A stretch of DNA of 64,000 nt from Callorhinchus milii (taxonomy: Eukaryota). The DNA lies in contig NW_024704743.1 in the NCBI RefSeq assembly GCF_018977255.1, forward strand, positions 111,850,001 to 111,914,000, given 5' to 3'. Below the pieces are notes generated by a model. It had not been told where the DNA came from. It searched no databases and saw only the letters and a list, made by a program, of their open reading frames with translations. This document shows positions 1 to 12,600 of this stretch, piece by piece. The first letter of the stretch is position 1. The number at the start of each line of letters is the position of its first letter. The position numbers and the translations under genes are program-made.

Positions 1-847
1 CTTGATAAAGCAGTTTACCAATTACTGTACTTTTATTTGTGACACTCTGAGGATCCTGTTGACAAATCATGTGGTTAAACTGAAGTTTATGATGCTTATG
101 GTATGGTAAGGTATTAAAAGGAATAAAACTGCAGCCCATTTACAAATGTAGCTTTCCGGTTTCCTAAGGAAGATCAAGCGGTTAACAAGGATAGAAAAAG
201 CCTAGTCAAAACATTTCTTTCAAACTATTTTCCTTTTGAAATCAACAGTAATGCTGTTGGCAGCGTGTGTGTACTCGTACAAAACTGTTGTATTGCTGCA
301 TTCTCTCTATGGGCACTTTGGCAAAAGTGAAAGGCTGTGCGGATTAAAGACCTGATTTATAAGGTTAAGGTAGTGCAGTACTGTTTGCAAGTTTCAGCTG
401 CTGTTTGACCACAAACTGGAGGAATCTGGACATTTGTGGTTCCATTTACAGCACCTTAAAATAACTCTTTAACAGACAACCTCTTTCTTTTCTCACTCCC
501 TAAAATATTAGTTTTAAAAAGCTTTTTCTTTTAAAAAACAGTGCAACAATGTACTGTAACTATGGAGATTTACAACATGGCACAGGCTTCAAGTGGACTT
601 GGGTAATCTAAACGCTAAAAAGCAATTCAGAAACAATTCTACTCGGGGGCAAACCAATTCTACTCCAGTCACAATTTCTATAAATGCTGTAATGGTTCTT
701 TTAAAATTGCTTATTTCGAACAAACTGAATTATGGAAAGAACTTGGCAGGATATCTAGTCCACACAGTTGACATGCAGAGATCTCGACATCATTGGGGGG
801 GGGGGGGAAGGTGTGGGTGGAAAAATTTCTACCTTGCTATCAGGTAC

Positions 848-1283
848 AGCAGCCTGACTCAGTTGGCAGCACTCTCACCTCTGAAGGTTTGTGGGTTCAA
901 GTGCTGCGCTACATGGACTTTGAGCTCATGGTTTGAGTTGACACTTCAGTGCAGTGTTGAGGGAAATGCTACACTCTGTCCTTTAGATGAGACATTAAAC
1001 CGAGGCCCCATCTGCCTGTTCAAGTGGATCTCACAGAACCCACAATGCTACAGAACCACAACACTATCTCAAAAAAGAAGGGAGTTTCTCTCAGTTTCCC
1101 AATAATAGTCCTCCAGTTAAAATTGATCATTTGTTTCATGGCTGTTTGTGGGATCTTGCTGTGGGCAAATTGACTGTTGTGTCTGCCTATAAATGCACAG
1201 TCACTAATCAACAGAAATAACTGTGAAGAGCTTTGAGATGTTTCAACGTGATCACACACAAATCAAATGCAAGGATTATTATT
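848..1283 (+). mobile_element. Long tRNA-headed SINE, Deu-domain/SacSINE1-like, diverged
   Basis: A-box-like GACTCAGTTGG and B-box-like GGTTCAAGT; central GATGAGACATTAAACCGAGGCCCCATCTGCCTGTTCAAGTGGA; then GCTGTTTGTGGGATCTTGCTGTG and the tail AAATGCAAGGATTATTATT shared with other copies in the window. Confidence 0.75.
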
Positions 1284-1374
1284 TATCCTTATATTTATAT
1301 TCTCACCTGTACCCATATATATTGGAATGTTTCTTCTTGAAATTGCAGGCAGTGCAATAGAAGGAAGGAAGCAC

Positions 1375-1760
1375 CTACATTTTTGCTGTCCCATCTTGTT
1401 GAAACATTTCAAAGCACTTTGCAATAGTTACTATCAACTACTGTGACATTTTTAAGGCAATCACAGTAGGCATTTTGCACACAAGAAAGTCTTGCAAACA
1501 ATCACGAGGTCAATCACAGCAATCTAGAGGATCTCTGATCAGAACAACCCCCTTCTCTAACAATGTGAGGAAACTTTTAACAATGACCTGAAGAACAAGC
1601 AGACACGACCGTGATTTAATATCTGCTCAAAAGACAGCACCTCCAACTATGTGGCATTCTTTCCCGCCCCATCCATATTACGAGCATCAAGTCACAATGT
1701 GAACTCAACCTTCTGATCCAGAGAAGAAAGCACTATCACCTGAAGCAAGCTGACGCCTTG
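1375..1760 (-). mobile_element. Highly diverged long SINE copy
   Basis: Patchy similarity to the 36033-36418 copy (CAAAGCACTT, TTTGCACAC, GACAGCACCTCCAAC, AACCTTCTGA). Confidence 0.5.
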
Positions 1761-2777
1761 TGTGATTTAACTCACACTTGTGTTGCCTAAAAGGCAAGAA
1801 AGCAAACAAGATTTACAATTCTTTAAAACACAATGTACTGTAACTGATTCCTGTTTGTGTCTCAAGAGCCAACAATCAAATCCCATTAAGTTCTTTTAAA
1901 AATAGAAAGTGTTTTTTTTGCAGCAGGTTTTTAAGAATAAAGAGCTGATGCTCAGTGGTGTGACCTGGGAGAACAGAGCTGCTATTTCCCTTTACTTGTG
2001 CTTGTGCAGGCCAATCAAAGATTTAAGAAATGCACAAGCAGATTCCATCGAAAGGCAAATACTGCCTGAAAAGGGGTGTTTCGAAGGCCACACAAACGAG
2101 GGTGACATTTTTATGGGTGCAGGGCTTCGGCATGTTCGTACAGAGTACAAAAAAGGATTTAAATATGAGGAAGTGGAACACAATAACACGGCGGTGTTAT
2201 CGTTTTCAGCTGGTACTTTGGGAAAGCTCTCTTGCTTTCTCAGGTGGCTGCATAGCAATCTGTTATAATACTCTCCTGCACACGTCTCTTTGATGGTTAA
2301 TTGCACTGGATTACTGCTTGGCAAAGAACCAACAACCTAGCCTGGGGACAGATCATTTTATTTAACGGTTCATCAACGAGTCATCACCGGCATGCTAACA
2401 TAAATCCCTCCTCTAACATGGTCACACATCTCCAGAAGCCACTGAGCATGCTTCATACCACCTGAGGAAGGGCGCATCTTATGAGCTTTTGAGGGGGTCA
2501 TACGTCCCAGGTAGTGGAGATGGCACCAAGTGAGACACAGTAACCACTCTACCAGATGGAAGTCTGGCCCACAGACTTCCCACTGCTGGCCTACCACTTC
2601 TCCCCTCCCCACCACTAACTCACCCGCGTACATTCACTACAGAGTTCAGCAACATGCATTCTTCGCTCTCACATAGGATGCTGCTCCTTTATAAGTAGAA
2701 AAGAAGGCAATTTGTAAAAGTACGCAATGATCACTGCCAACCAGAGTATTTTCCTTGAGGGTTTTATCAGCACGTTA

Positions 2778-3090
2778 GTGGAATCCTGTAGCTCAGTGGT
2801 TAGAGCACTCGCTTTGCTGAGTTCAATTCCAGGCAGGGCGAAACCTTGGGCAAGTTTCCTTACTCCACACGTCTAATAATAATCCCTCCAAAACCAAAAA
2901 CAATAATAAATTGGTCATTTTCAATCTACGATTGTTTGTGGGACATTGCTGTGCGCAATTAGCTGCTGCGTTCGCCCACAAATATACAGTCAATTCACTT
3001 TACAGTGTGTTCTGTGAAGCGCTTTGGGACGTCCTCCCGACGTGAAAAGCGCTATATCAAATGCAAGGATTATTATTATCATTATTATTA
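2778..3090 (+). mobile_element. Short tRNA(Ala)-like-headed SINE, young copy with a small deletion in the head
   Basis: GTAGCTCAGTGGTTAGAGCACTCGCTTTGC..GAGTTCAATTCC head; body almost identical to the reverse complement of 59036-59355; (TTA)n tail. Confidence 0.9.
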
Positions 3091-4242
3091 ACTCTTTAAG
3101 AAGTGCAGCAGTGATCTCCTCCATTGAAAGACTGCCACTTGCTGGTTCAATCCAGGAAACATTGGGCATCACAGAGTGCTCTTGAGTCAGTTTGAACGAT
3201 TGTACTTCACAACCATCATCATCAAAACACATTCCCTTTCAGTTTAGCTGCTGGAGAGTACGGAGGGCAACAAAGATGGCCGACCTGGAGGCTCGTCAGC
3301 ACACAAGGGGTTAGTAAGACCAGCTGAAAGTGGATACGTTACATGTTTGGGCACATTCTTTTGCTACTCAGTCTGTTTTCAGCACTCACTCCACCAAACT
3401 GGCGAGTAGAACACGCAAGCCAAGCCCCTCTTACAACCATCAGAAGGAATAAGTCCTGTGTGCAACATCACCCCCATTTTAGTCTGATTTGTTTTATACA
3501 GAAGTTTCAAAAAAAATCTTTCTTTTCAAAACATTTGAGGGAATGCATTTTTTCAGCAATACGATACATTCCATTCAATGCCCGTCTGATGTGGTGTGAG
3601 CCGAGGAATGGAGCAAATCACATTTTACAGAAAGAATCTCCTTGGCATGAGGAAAAATGTTTAATTCTGCAGCCCCACAAGAGTTACCTCTTTAATTCTT
3701 GACTGTGGTGACGAGAACACACCAGAGCAACTTATCCGGTGTGAAATAAAAAAAATTAACCAGTCTGATCAATTAAAAACAATCTGAGTAGTGCTTAACA
3801 TGCATTAACCCTTGGTGTACCATGGCTGAATTTATTTGCCTATTCTTTCTGAAGTCACTAATCAGGTGTTGAAAGGAGCCACACCTGGATGCCAGTGGGA
3901 TATTATGGCAAAGATTGACCTAGACATACCTCTGATTAAATTGTATCAGTCTGTAAACCTTGGTTATTTAATTGACTGAATTTGGAGCTACAACCTGTAT
4001 TTTAAGGTTGCTTAAATTTGCCTCCCAATGTACAGTCACTACATTTTACAGTAAATCCTTCGAAGCACCCCTGACGTAAAAGATTGTACATCAAGTAAAA
4101 AGATTATTATTTTTTGTTAATATTATTATTTTTATAGGAGCAGAGAGGCAGAAGGAATCAAGTAAGAAAAATATTTAATATAAACTAAACAGATTATGCA
4201 GCATTACTTATGTATAAAAAACAAAATAAAGTGTAAAATATG

Positions 4243-4490
4243 AATAATAATCCTTGCATTTGATATAGCGCCTTATCACGTCTTTGAGGCTTCTCAAAGC
4301 ACTTCACAGAATACTGTATAGTGAAATGACTGTATAATTTGTGGATAAAACGCAGCAACCAATTGAACACAGCAGTGTCCCACAAACAATCGTGGACCAA
4401 ATTGTCTTTTTTTAAAAAAAGGAATTATTAATCCCGGAAATAATTTGACTAACAAGCGGGTTCCTATTTACTGCTAGGTAAACAGTGCCG
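4243..4490 (-). mobile_element. 5'-truncated SINE, variant with a longer middle segment
   Basis: AATAATAATCCTTGCATTTGATATAGCGCC...GTGTCCCACAAAC, then GGTTCCTATTTACTGCTAGGTAAACAG matching 22745-22776. Confidence 0.75.
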
Positions 4491-5992
4491 CTGTGCTACA
4501 AGACTAAACTACTAAATAATAAACATAGGACAAGAGTATGCCATTTTTATTTAAAATGGTACAATGTTAGCCTTCATTTTAGTTCTTTAACATTAGTATA
4601 AAACTTGGCCTTGTGTTTTGAGTCACTTTTCTTCAGCATTACAGTATACGATCAGAAAATATGTTAAATTTGACGGTTGAGAGAGATTGAAACTTCTCTG
4701 GAACTTACAACAGTTGGACAGGTGAAAGACAGGAAAGGTGAAGGATATGAAAAGGTGTCTTGACACCAAAAACAATTAACAATGTAAAAGTAATCTATTG
4801 CCCATCCCCACTCATTTCAGGTTTTCTCCATTAATGACTTCTATACCATTACAGAGTTTGAGGACACATTGGCTGGGAGCTCAGCCATCTACAGAAACGG
4901 GAGGAACGTGCAGAATATCTTGACTAAATTGTAATTGAATTATAAGAGCAGAGGGTGCCAGCAGAAGAATCAGGCTTCAGCAGACAAAATTTGAGCTATA
5001 AGTGAACCACAACAAACAGCTGTTCTACTGCAAGAATGTTTTGGCCCCTCTGATTGTATCCACAGCTTGTTCCATGCAAATTGCAGTGGACTTGCGTCAT
5101 TGGTGATCCCAAAAATGTCTTTCCTGTTAGGACCCGGGAACTTTCCACAGAGTTTAACAGCATTAACTTAACGTTTCATACAAGCGATTGGACATTTTTG
5201 CTAGGCATGCTGATAGATATAAAAATCCTATAGATTTAATTTTAGGGAAACAGCCCACTGAAGTGTAAGCCAGGAGTGCAGTAGAAGGCCATTAAAAATG
5301 CAATGGACTGGAGCTGGTCAGAGCAACATTCAGTACAGTCTCTACACCCAATAGTCAGTCACACCCTACAAGCCAAAAGTCAAGAAGCACCTGGGACTGT
5401 TTTCATGAAGCACTGACAAAACAGCCTTTGTGTGGATCCCTGCTGAATAAACAAGAACTCCATATGGTCAGTCAGTCCAGTGAAATGACACTTCATTTGC
5501 GCTTGAGGAATTAATTTTTTTTCGATGGCACCAAAATAATTTTTTGTGAGTGCTCTCTGGATATGAGCTCCCTCCCTCCCCCCCACCCCAATCCTTAACA
5601 ACTTGATTAAATTAACCAACCAGTTTAACTCTGTGGAAGCGAATGTTATTTTCGCTGCCTGGACAAGTGATAATTCACTCGAATGAAGTATGAAAACAAT
5701 AATCCACTTGAGTGAACTATCACTTAAAGGTCACCAGATGCATGCGGGGTTGTAGGATGAATCCGAGCACTAGGCTATAATTCCACACTCCCATTAAAAT
5801 AATTAGACCCGCTGAAACAACTTGCAAAAATAAAGGAGAGGAAGGGTTCAGCAGTTGTCTCTGAACTATTGGCTGGCCCTTGGGCTCCTGACAAAGAGCT
5901 TCACAACCAATTGCAACAGTGCAGCTGATGAATTGTGGCTTCTTTACTTAGTCGCTCTGTTCGTGAGTGAGGCTCCCCGGTGCTCAGTGTTA

Positions 5993-6304
5993 TAATAATA
6001 ATGCTTGCATTTGATATAGCGCTTTTCACGTCTTCTGGACGTCTCAAAGCACTTCACAGAATATGCTGTAAAGTGAATTGACCGTATATTTGTGGGCAAA
6101 ACACGGCAGCCAATTGCGCACAGCAGTGTCCCACAAACAGCCGTGAATTGAAAATGACAAATTTATTATTGTTTTGTTTTGGAGGGATTATTATTAGGCG
6201 TGTGGAGTAAGGAAACTTGCCCAAGGTTTCGCCCTGCCTGGAATTGAACCCAGGTCTCTCGTTTGCAAGGCAAGTGCTCTAACTACTGAGCTACAGGACT
6301 CCAC
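5993..6304 (-). mobile_element. Full-length short tRNA-headed SINE
   Basis: Reverse complement starts GTGGAGTCCTGTAGCTCAGTAGTTAGAGCACTTGCCTTGCAAACGAGAGACCTGGGTTCAATTCC; same body and tail as 2778-3090. Confidence 0.9.
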
Positions 6305-6329
6305 ATGATTATTCCACTATCGATGGCCA

Positions 6330-6525
6330 TGCCAAAACACTGGAATATTCTCCCTCTATCCTTCCGCCTTGCCACCTCCTTCCCCATCTCCAACTGCTCT
6401 TCGACCGTGCCTATGGTCACCCCTCCCTCACCCCCGGCTCGGCATTGTGCTCTGCCACTGTCAAGTGCTCCAGCACACTACCCTGTGTGAGGGGCTCTAT
6501 ATAAATGCAAGTTTGTGTTGTTGCA
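6330..6525 (+). mobile_element. L2-clade LINE 3' end fragment
   Basis: TGGAAT..CTCCCTCTATCCTTCCGCCTTGCCACCTCC..CTCTTCGACCGTGCCT and the tail GCTCTATATAAATGCAAGTTTGTGTTGTTG, as in the better L2 copies. Confidence 0.65.
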
Positions 6526-7059
6526 AGCTGTTTGTGCATCGGTTTTCCTTTGATTCACGGAGGACAAGAAGTGTGGTAATTGTAGAGCCGTGGAACCGCA
6601 AGAGCTCTGTAAGGCGCGAAAGGAGGCTCATAGTAAAAATAGCACAGAAATGGAAATAAAGCTATTGGATTTCCTGAAGCTTCGGTATCATCCCCTTAAT
6701 ACTAGCGGCCTCTGCTGCGATAATGAGAATTCTACATATCATGCCAAATTAGACACATTTTAGAAAACTACTTATGAGACAGTGCAAATTGTTTAATCAT
6801 CATTAACTCTAATCCCCTGTTTAATGACTAATTTACCAGCAAACACAGTGGAACCAATTGGAGATGTCAGCAGGTACTTGACCCCTTTCCCTCTCCTTCA
6901 CCCCCACCTTTCCCCTCAGTTTCCTTGAAAGCAGGACCACTTGAACTTCTCTAATGCCTGACCAGCCAAGTAACCCAATGGTGTTTGGTGCAAATTGGGA
7001 TCAAAGCATGATGCCCTAACCAATGGAACACAACTGGTCGCTGACAAGAACCACTTTCT

Positions 7060-7480
7060 TTCCACCACCGTCACACCTCTGACCATACCTCACACGCATT
7101 CGTCACCTCCTGCCTCGATAATTCCAATGTCCTCCTTGTTGGTCCCCCAGCTCCACCATATACAAAATCAAATTAATTCAAAACTCCGCTGCCCATATAC
7201 TCACCCGCACCAAACTCCGTACCTCCATCACCCCAGTCCACTAGGCTCCACTGGCTTCCTTTTACAGAACTTCAACATCCTCAGACTCATTTACAAATCG
7301 CTTCATGCTATAGTACCTCCCTATCTCTCCAACCTGCTTTCTCCCCTCTCCACTACCCACCACCTCCGCTCGGCTGGCTCCGGCCTCCTGCGTATCCCTT
7401 GTCCCTTCCGGTCCACCGTCAGTGACTGTGCTTTCAGCCACTATGTCCCGAAACTCTCCTTTTCAAGCCCTGTGCCTTGA
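7060..7480 (+). mobile_element. Degraded L2-clade LINE ORF2 C-terminal fragment
   Basis: Translation FNILRLIYKSLHAIVPPYLSNLLSP...LRSAGSGLLRIP...AFSHYVPKL matches the L2 ORF at 42848-43498. Confidence 0.75.
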
Positions 7481-8099
7481 TCCTTGCCAGGGATTAGGTT
7501 TGCGATTTTCCTGATTTGAATGGCTCAATGGCACGTGGAGTGTTCACCCACAGAACTAGAACACATCAATTATCCGTACCTAACATAAACTCGAATGCAA
7601 TAATTCTTGCAAAGATTCTTGAGATTGTTCTGTGACTGTGATTTTATCACAGGAAACCCCGATCACAATTTGCTGACTGTGACAATGTTACATGGGAAAA
7701 GTCCAATTCTAAAGTCAGTAAATTAATTAACCAGTAGAGAATAGCTTCTTCCCAAATCCAATTGCGATTTTTACCCAAGTTGTGATGTTGGCTTTGAGTG
7801 GATGGAAACTGGCACAATAGCAGGAATTAGGTGCAATTAGAGCTCAACAGAAGAGATGCCTTATTGTTATGGCTAGGAAATTGTTTCAATGAGGGGTTAT
7901 TCTGCTCCGTGAGCTCCATATAACACATTTGTTTGCTCTGGCCTAGCACTATTTGTGCAAATTTAGCCCTGTGTATTTATATATAACCGTCGCACACAAG
8001 TTTAAATGCATCCTTTAATTTTACATTTTCAAGTAAATATTGGTTTTTTTAATTCATTTTAAGCACCTAGGCACAGTTTTACTAAATGTACTGAATAAA

Positions 8100-8283
8100 A
8101 TAATAATAATTTGGTCACTTAATCCATGAGTGTTTGTAGGACACTGCTGTGTGTAATTGGCTGCTGCGTTTTGCCCACAAAATATTAAGTCAATTTACTT
8201 TACAGTGTATTCTGTGAAGCGCTTTGAGATGTCTCAACGACGTGATAAGGCACTATATCAAATGCAAGGATTATTATTACTAT
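8100..8283 (+). mobile_element. SINE 3' fragment
   Basis: TTGGCTGCTGCGTTTTGCCCACAAAA...CTGTGAAGCGCTTTGAGATGTC...TATATCAAATGCAAGGATTATTATTA. Confidence 0.8.
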
Positions 8284-9181
8284 TGACCCAAAAGTGACAA
8301 ATTTGCTATATGGAAAACACAGAATAAGTCTCAAAGTTACTTCCTCCCCACCCCCTTTGTTTGTCTTGTGGCTCCTATCAATGATGTCATGCCTTGCTGG
8401 ATGATCACAGCCACAGTACACAGTAAATAACTCATACATTATTCAGCTGCCACACTTGTATCTTCAGCACTATGTGACTGAAGATTAATACCCAGCACAT
8501 AGCACTGCAGACAGTGTCCTCAGACATTAATTTAAGGTCATTTAACAACGTTGAAAAGGGAGCACCGCCTGCTGAGTACAGGATTTATTTCATAACCTTT
8601 TCATTCATAATGTATGAAGCATTTATTTTTAATGCTTTAATCGTTACTAATGAAACAGGTATTGAAAAAAATGTATTTCAATGAATAGTACGTAGATGAT
8701 CATCAACGTCAGGGTATGGGGAAGCTTCTGCCTGCCTCTTGAACTGGTGGCTTTGCCAGTGCAGTTATTGAACAAAGGTAAGAAAAAGCAGCCTATATAA
8801 CTCTGGCAGAGGAAACAAACCAAAATGGAAGAGGTTGCTAAGTGGGTATGAATTGGAACTATTTTCTGTCAAATAAATACAATAATGAAACATCTACTTT
8901 CCAATGTTAATTTAAATCAAGTTCTCTTAGACCTTTCACAGTGAATTTAGCCAACGAAAAGTTATAACCTCCTTAAAATGGTCTAGACTGTTGGGTAATC
9001 TGATCCATAATATGCCACTGGCCCAATTTCTGAGCCTAGAGATCACAGTATCATTAACTGCTGTTTATTTGACCCACAGGAAATAAAGGCAACAACAAGG
9101 CTGCCCAAGGACATATCATTATGATCAAGGGACTCGGCATCTCCTATATTAACTCATTCACCGCTATACACACTAATTGAG

Positions 9182-9600
9182 GCAGCCTGCTAGCTCGAGT
9201 GGTAAAGCACTTGACTCACAAGCAAAGGTCATGAGTTCAAGATTCAGGGCTGCCTGACACACCAACTTGCTTGCCTTGGTTGAGTGAGGTCTATCGGTTT
9301 TCTGGTACACCTCCACGAGGTGCCGGGCAGAGTGTTTGTGTTATTCTATCTTTACATAAAAGAAGGTGCTCCCAGCTGTTTTGAAGGACAACCCCTCTGT
9401 CTTACCAACGGCACTATAAATCTCCATCGTGGATTGTTAAGCAACCTAGGCCACCTTATGCAACCAGCAGGAATGGAATCGATGATAGGTGAGACACACG
9501 AGAAAAACTGTGCAACAGAAAGAGATACCATTTGGCACTGTTTCCATCATGGTCTCTGGGCCCTGGAAGATAGTTGATAGTACCATGACTGCAGTATATG
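9182..9600 (+). mobile_element. Putative tRNA-headed SINE of a different family (3' extent uncertain)
   Basis: TAGCTCGAGTGGTAAAGCAC (A-box/D-arm-like) and GAGTTCAAGATTC (B-box-like) at tRNA spacing; the body is unlike the other SINEs here. Confidence 0.45.
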
Positions 9601-12600
9601 ATCATATATCGTAGGGAAATCATAAGGAAGCACATGGAGGTTGAGTGAATTACTGGCTATTGAACGATCACAAACGCATGACCTCAACTTTTATTAGAAA
9701 TCAGTTCATTGTTCAATAATGTTTCTTAAGACCTATTTTTGAACATCAATTGTGGGGAACAAAAAATGTTTGGGTTTTTCTTTTGTGAACTGCAAGGTTC
9801 ATGAAAGGACGACTTCACCACCACCACCCAACCCAAAGATCTTAATCACAGTTAAATATTTCCTGTTGATTCTTGTACATGGTTGCCACAAATTTTCAGA
9901 ATAGCTTATTTTGGAGGTGGCTGGTATCCTGGGTTCACACACTGATCTCTGATACTTGGTACTCACTAGGTTGAATCCAGACTGATTGGATGAAAATCTT
10001 TCTCTCTATGCGAGGCTTCTAAGTTTGTGCAGTTTCAACCCAGTTTCTATTCCTATTTTGACTGCGCTTTCAGTCATCTTTCCACCTTTCCCGTCCCCAC
10101 ATTCCTCAACTCCCACCCTCATCTCGGATGCCCGAGCAGCAGCGATGAATGATATGAGACCTCCCCCTGATGTGAAAGCCACTATACAAATTGTATCGTA
10201 TTGCACAGCACGTTTACACCCAAAAAATCTGCCTGCAGCTCAGCACTGAAAGTGATGTTTCTCAGAGTGGCTGGTATGTGAAACGTTGACTTGTGCAGTG
10301 GGGCCTGCTCACCTGAGGCTGAGTTACAAGCACACTGTGAGATCTAAATAGCACTATTTCTTCATGGGATTCCTAAGTCACACAAATAGTGATTCCTTCT
10401 AAGAACGGGAACTAGGTCATATTGAACCACGGGAATCCCACTCTGATCTACCTCAAATCTATTTCCAGAGAGGCGTTCCCATAGTTCGACGGGAATTCCT
10501 AGCGAGATTCTTTATAAGAAATACCGCAAAGTGGGGCTGGCTGATTTTGCATCTAATCTGTGAAGGTACACTTGAATTCGGAGAGCAAGCAAGTGTGGGA
10601 AATATTTCATTTCCCAGCAGTGACATTCCTTATGTAGAATCACGTTTACGTTTAGTTGAAAATAAATCAAAAATATATGTTGGGACCAACATTCATGCTA
10701 ACATTCTTGCTCCTAATATTGTGGAACTTCAAAACACATTGCACTTGGACAAAATGAACTTGTGAAAATACATTGAAGCATAAGCTCACCTAGAGATGCG
10801 CACCTCAAAAATGCCCATAAATCATGTTGCACAATTTTGTATATCAGGCTCTAAATGTTCTTATTATTATCATTGAACGTGGACCACTGTGCTTCTGTGG
10901 TTAATGTAACGAGTTTTACATTCTTCAACAACTGTATTCAATAATGGATTTGAATTTCCATTTGAATAATATATTTATTGATGTATTTTCAACATTGCAA
11001 ACTCCTGCTTTACCAGTTACTCCAGGGTATTTTTTCTTTGCAACGCATCAACCCCAACGTTATTCTCCAGTCTTCTAGATAATGTCCCGAACATAGAATA
11101 TCGATGGCAAGAGCAGTCTTGGCTAAGTTGAATTTATTCCTCTAAACCCACTAGGAACATATTCAGTCTTTCAGTTGTTCATCTGACACTTCAGACTCCG
11201 AGGAAAGAACAAACCCGATTTCAATTATTTAGTTACCAAAATCGACTGATTGACAAATGTGGTGGCAAGTACCCTTGCTGGGTGGGCACCTCCTTTCACA
11301 GTCCAATTGACACATGGGAATTTTATGTTGACCTTTGTTTTTTAACAATTACTTTTGTCTTATCACATTTCAGCGTGTTATTTTTCATTTTTCTACCTTT
11401 CGTTTTCTGCAGGTTTCACTGCCTCATGCCGAGCTGGAAACATGGTGACCGATCGTCACCCACTTGCTACTGACCTGGTTGCTGTAACGAACACAAGTTG
11501 GCTGAATACGAGGTTTCCTGTTGTTCATTGTCCTGGCAGTTGATGGCACAATTTATATTGGAAACTCTGCCAATGGCCCAGTGGATAATGGCACTGTCTA
11601 AACCAAAACAGTCTGCATAATTGCACGTTCAGATTGTGAACTAGTAAGCTGGTCTCGGCCAGCAAATCCCTAAGAATCTACAATTGACATCAGCACCACT
11701 GGGATAGCAATTTGCTCTCCAGTGTCTCTTCCGGTAGGAGAAGATCTGTGGACATCAGGTGAGGAACCCTAGTAACCTCATCCTTGCAAAGTGCTCTGGG
11801 ATGCTATGCTACTTTGCACGAGGGATGCTATATAAATGCAAGTTGTTGTTGTTGACTATTGAGTCAGTGATCCTTACACGAGAGACAGAGGAGGAGAGAT
11901 AATATAAATAAAACATAATATATCACAATGTCATTGGTGTCTCCAGAAGCTACCTCACTTTCATGCCATAAAACTAAAATAAAGTCATTTTCAAATGTTT
12001 TCTCGGCTACGTTTAAAAATTAAACTATTTAATTAAGATGCATTCCAATCCATACCACACGTAGTCTATGATGCAGTGGTTATGCTGTGACCCTGAGGTA
12101 ATGCAGGAGACATCTCCTGACCTTGGGTCACATGGGGTCATCAGTACCATTTTCCACTGTAAAATGATCGATTTATTTCATTACTGCACACAGTCCTGTG
12201 GTATAAATAGAATTACCAACCAGGGAGTACTACGATGCTGGAAAATAACTCATCTTGTGACGTTGAGTCGCACTTATCCTGGTTGCCCTCAGGCCTGTGC
12301 GTTACATCATTCAGTGAATCATTTCCCACTTTGAGCCTTTTACTGATGCCATTTTGAACTGTGTATTTTAAAAGGACTTTTTTTTAACCAAAAAAAACAC
12401 AGCCTACAAAAAGGTATTGCTTTTATTTAACCCTAAGCCAACAGAGAGGGGGTGATCATCTACTGTGTTTTTCAAATTTATATTCACTGTTTCCTTCCAT
12501 TCCCAACATACATTATTCAATTTCACACCAACACTCAGCACCATTCAAGGACCCATTCAGAACGTACAACAACAACAAATTTCATTTACATAGTGCCTTT

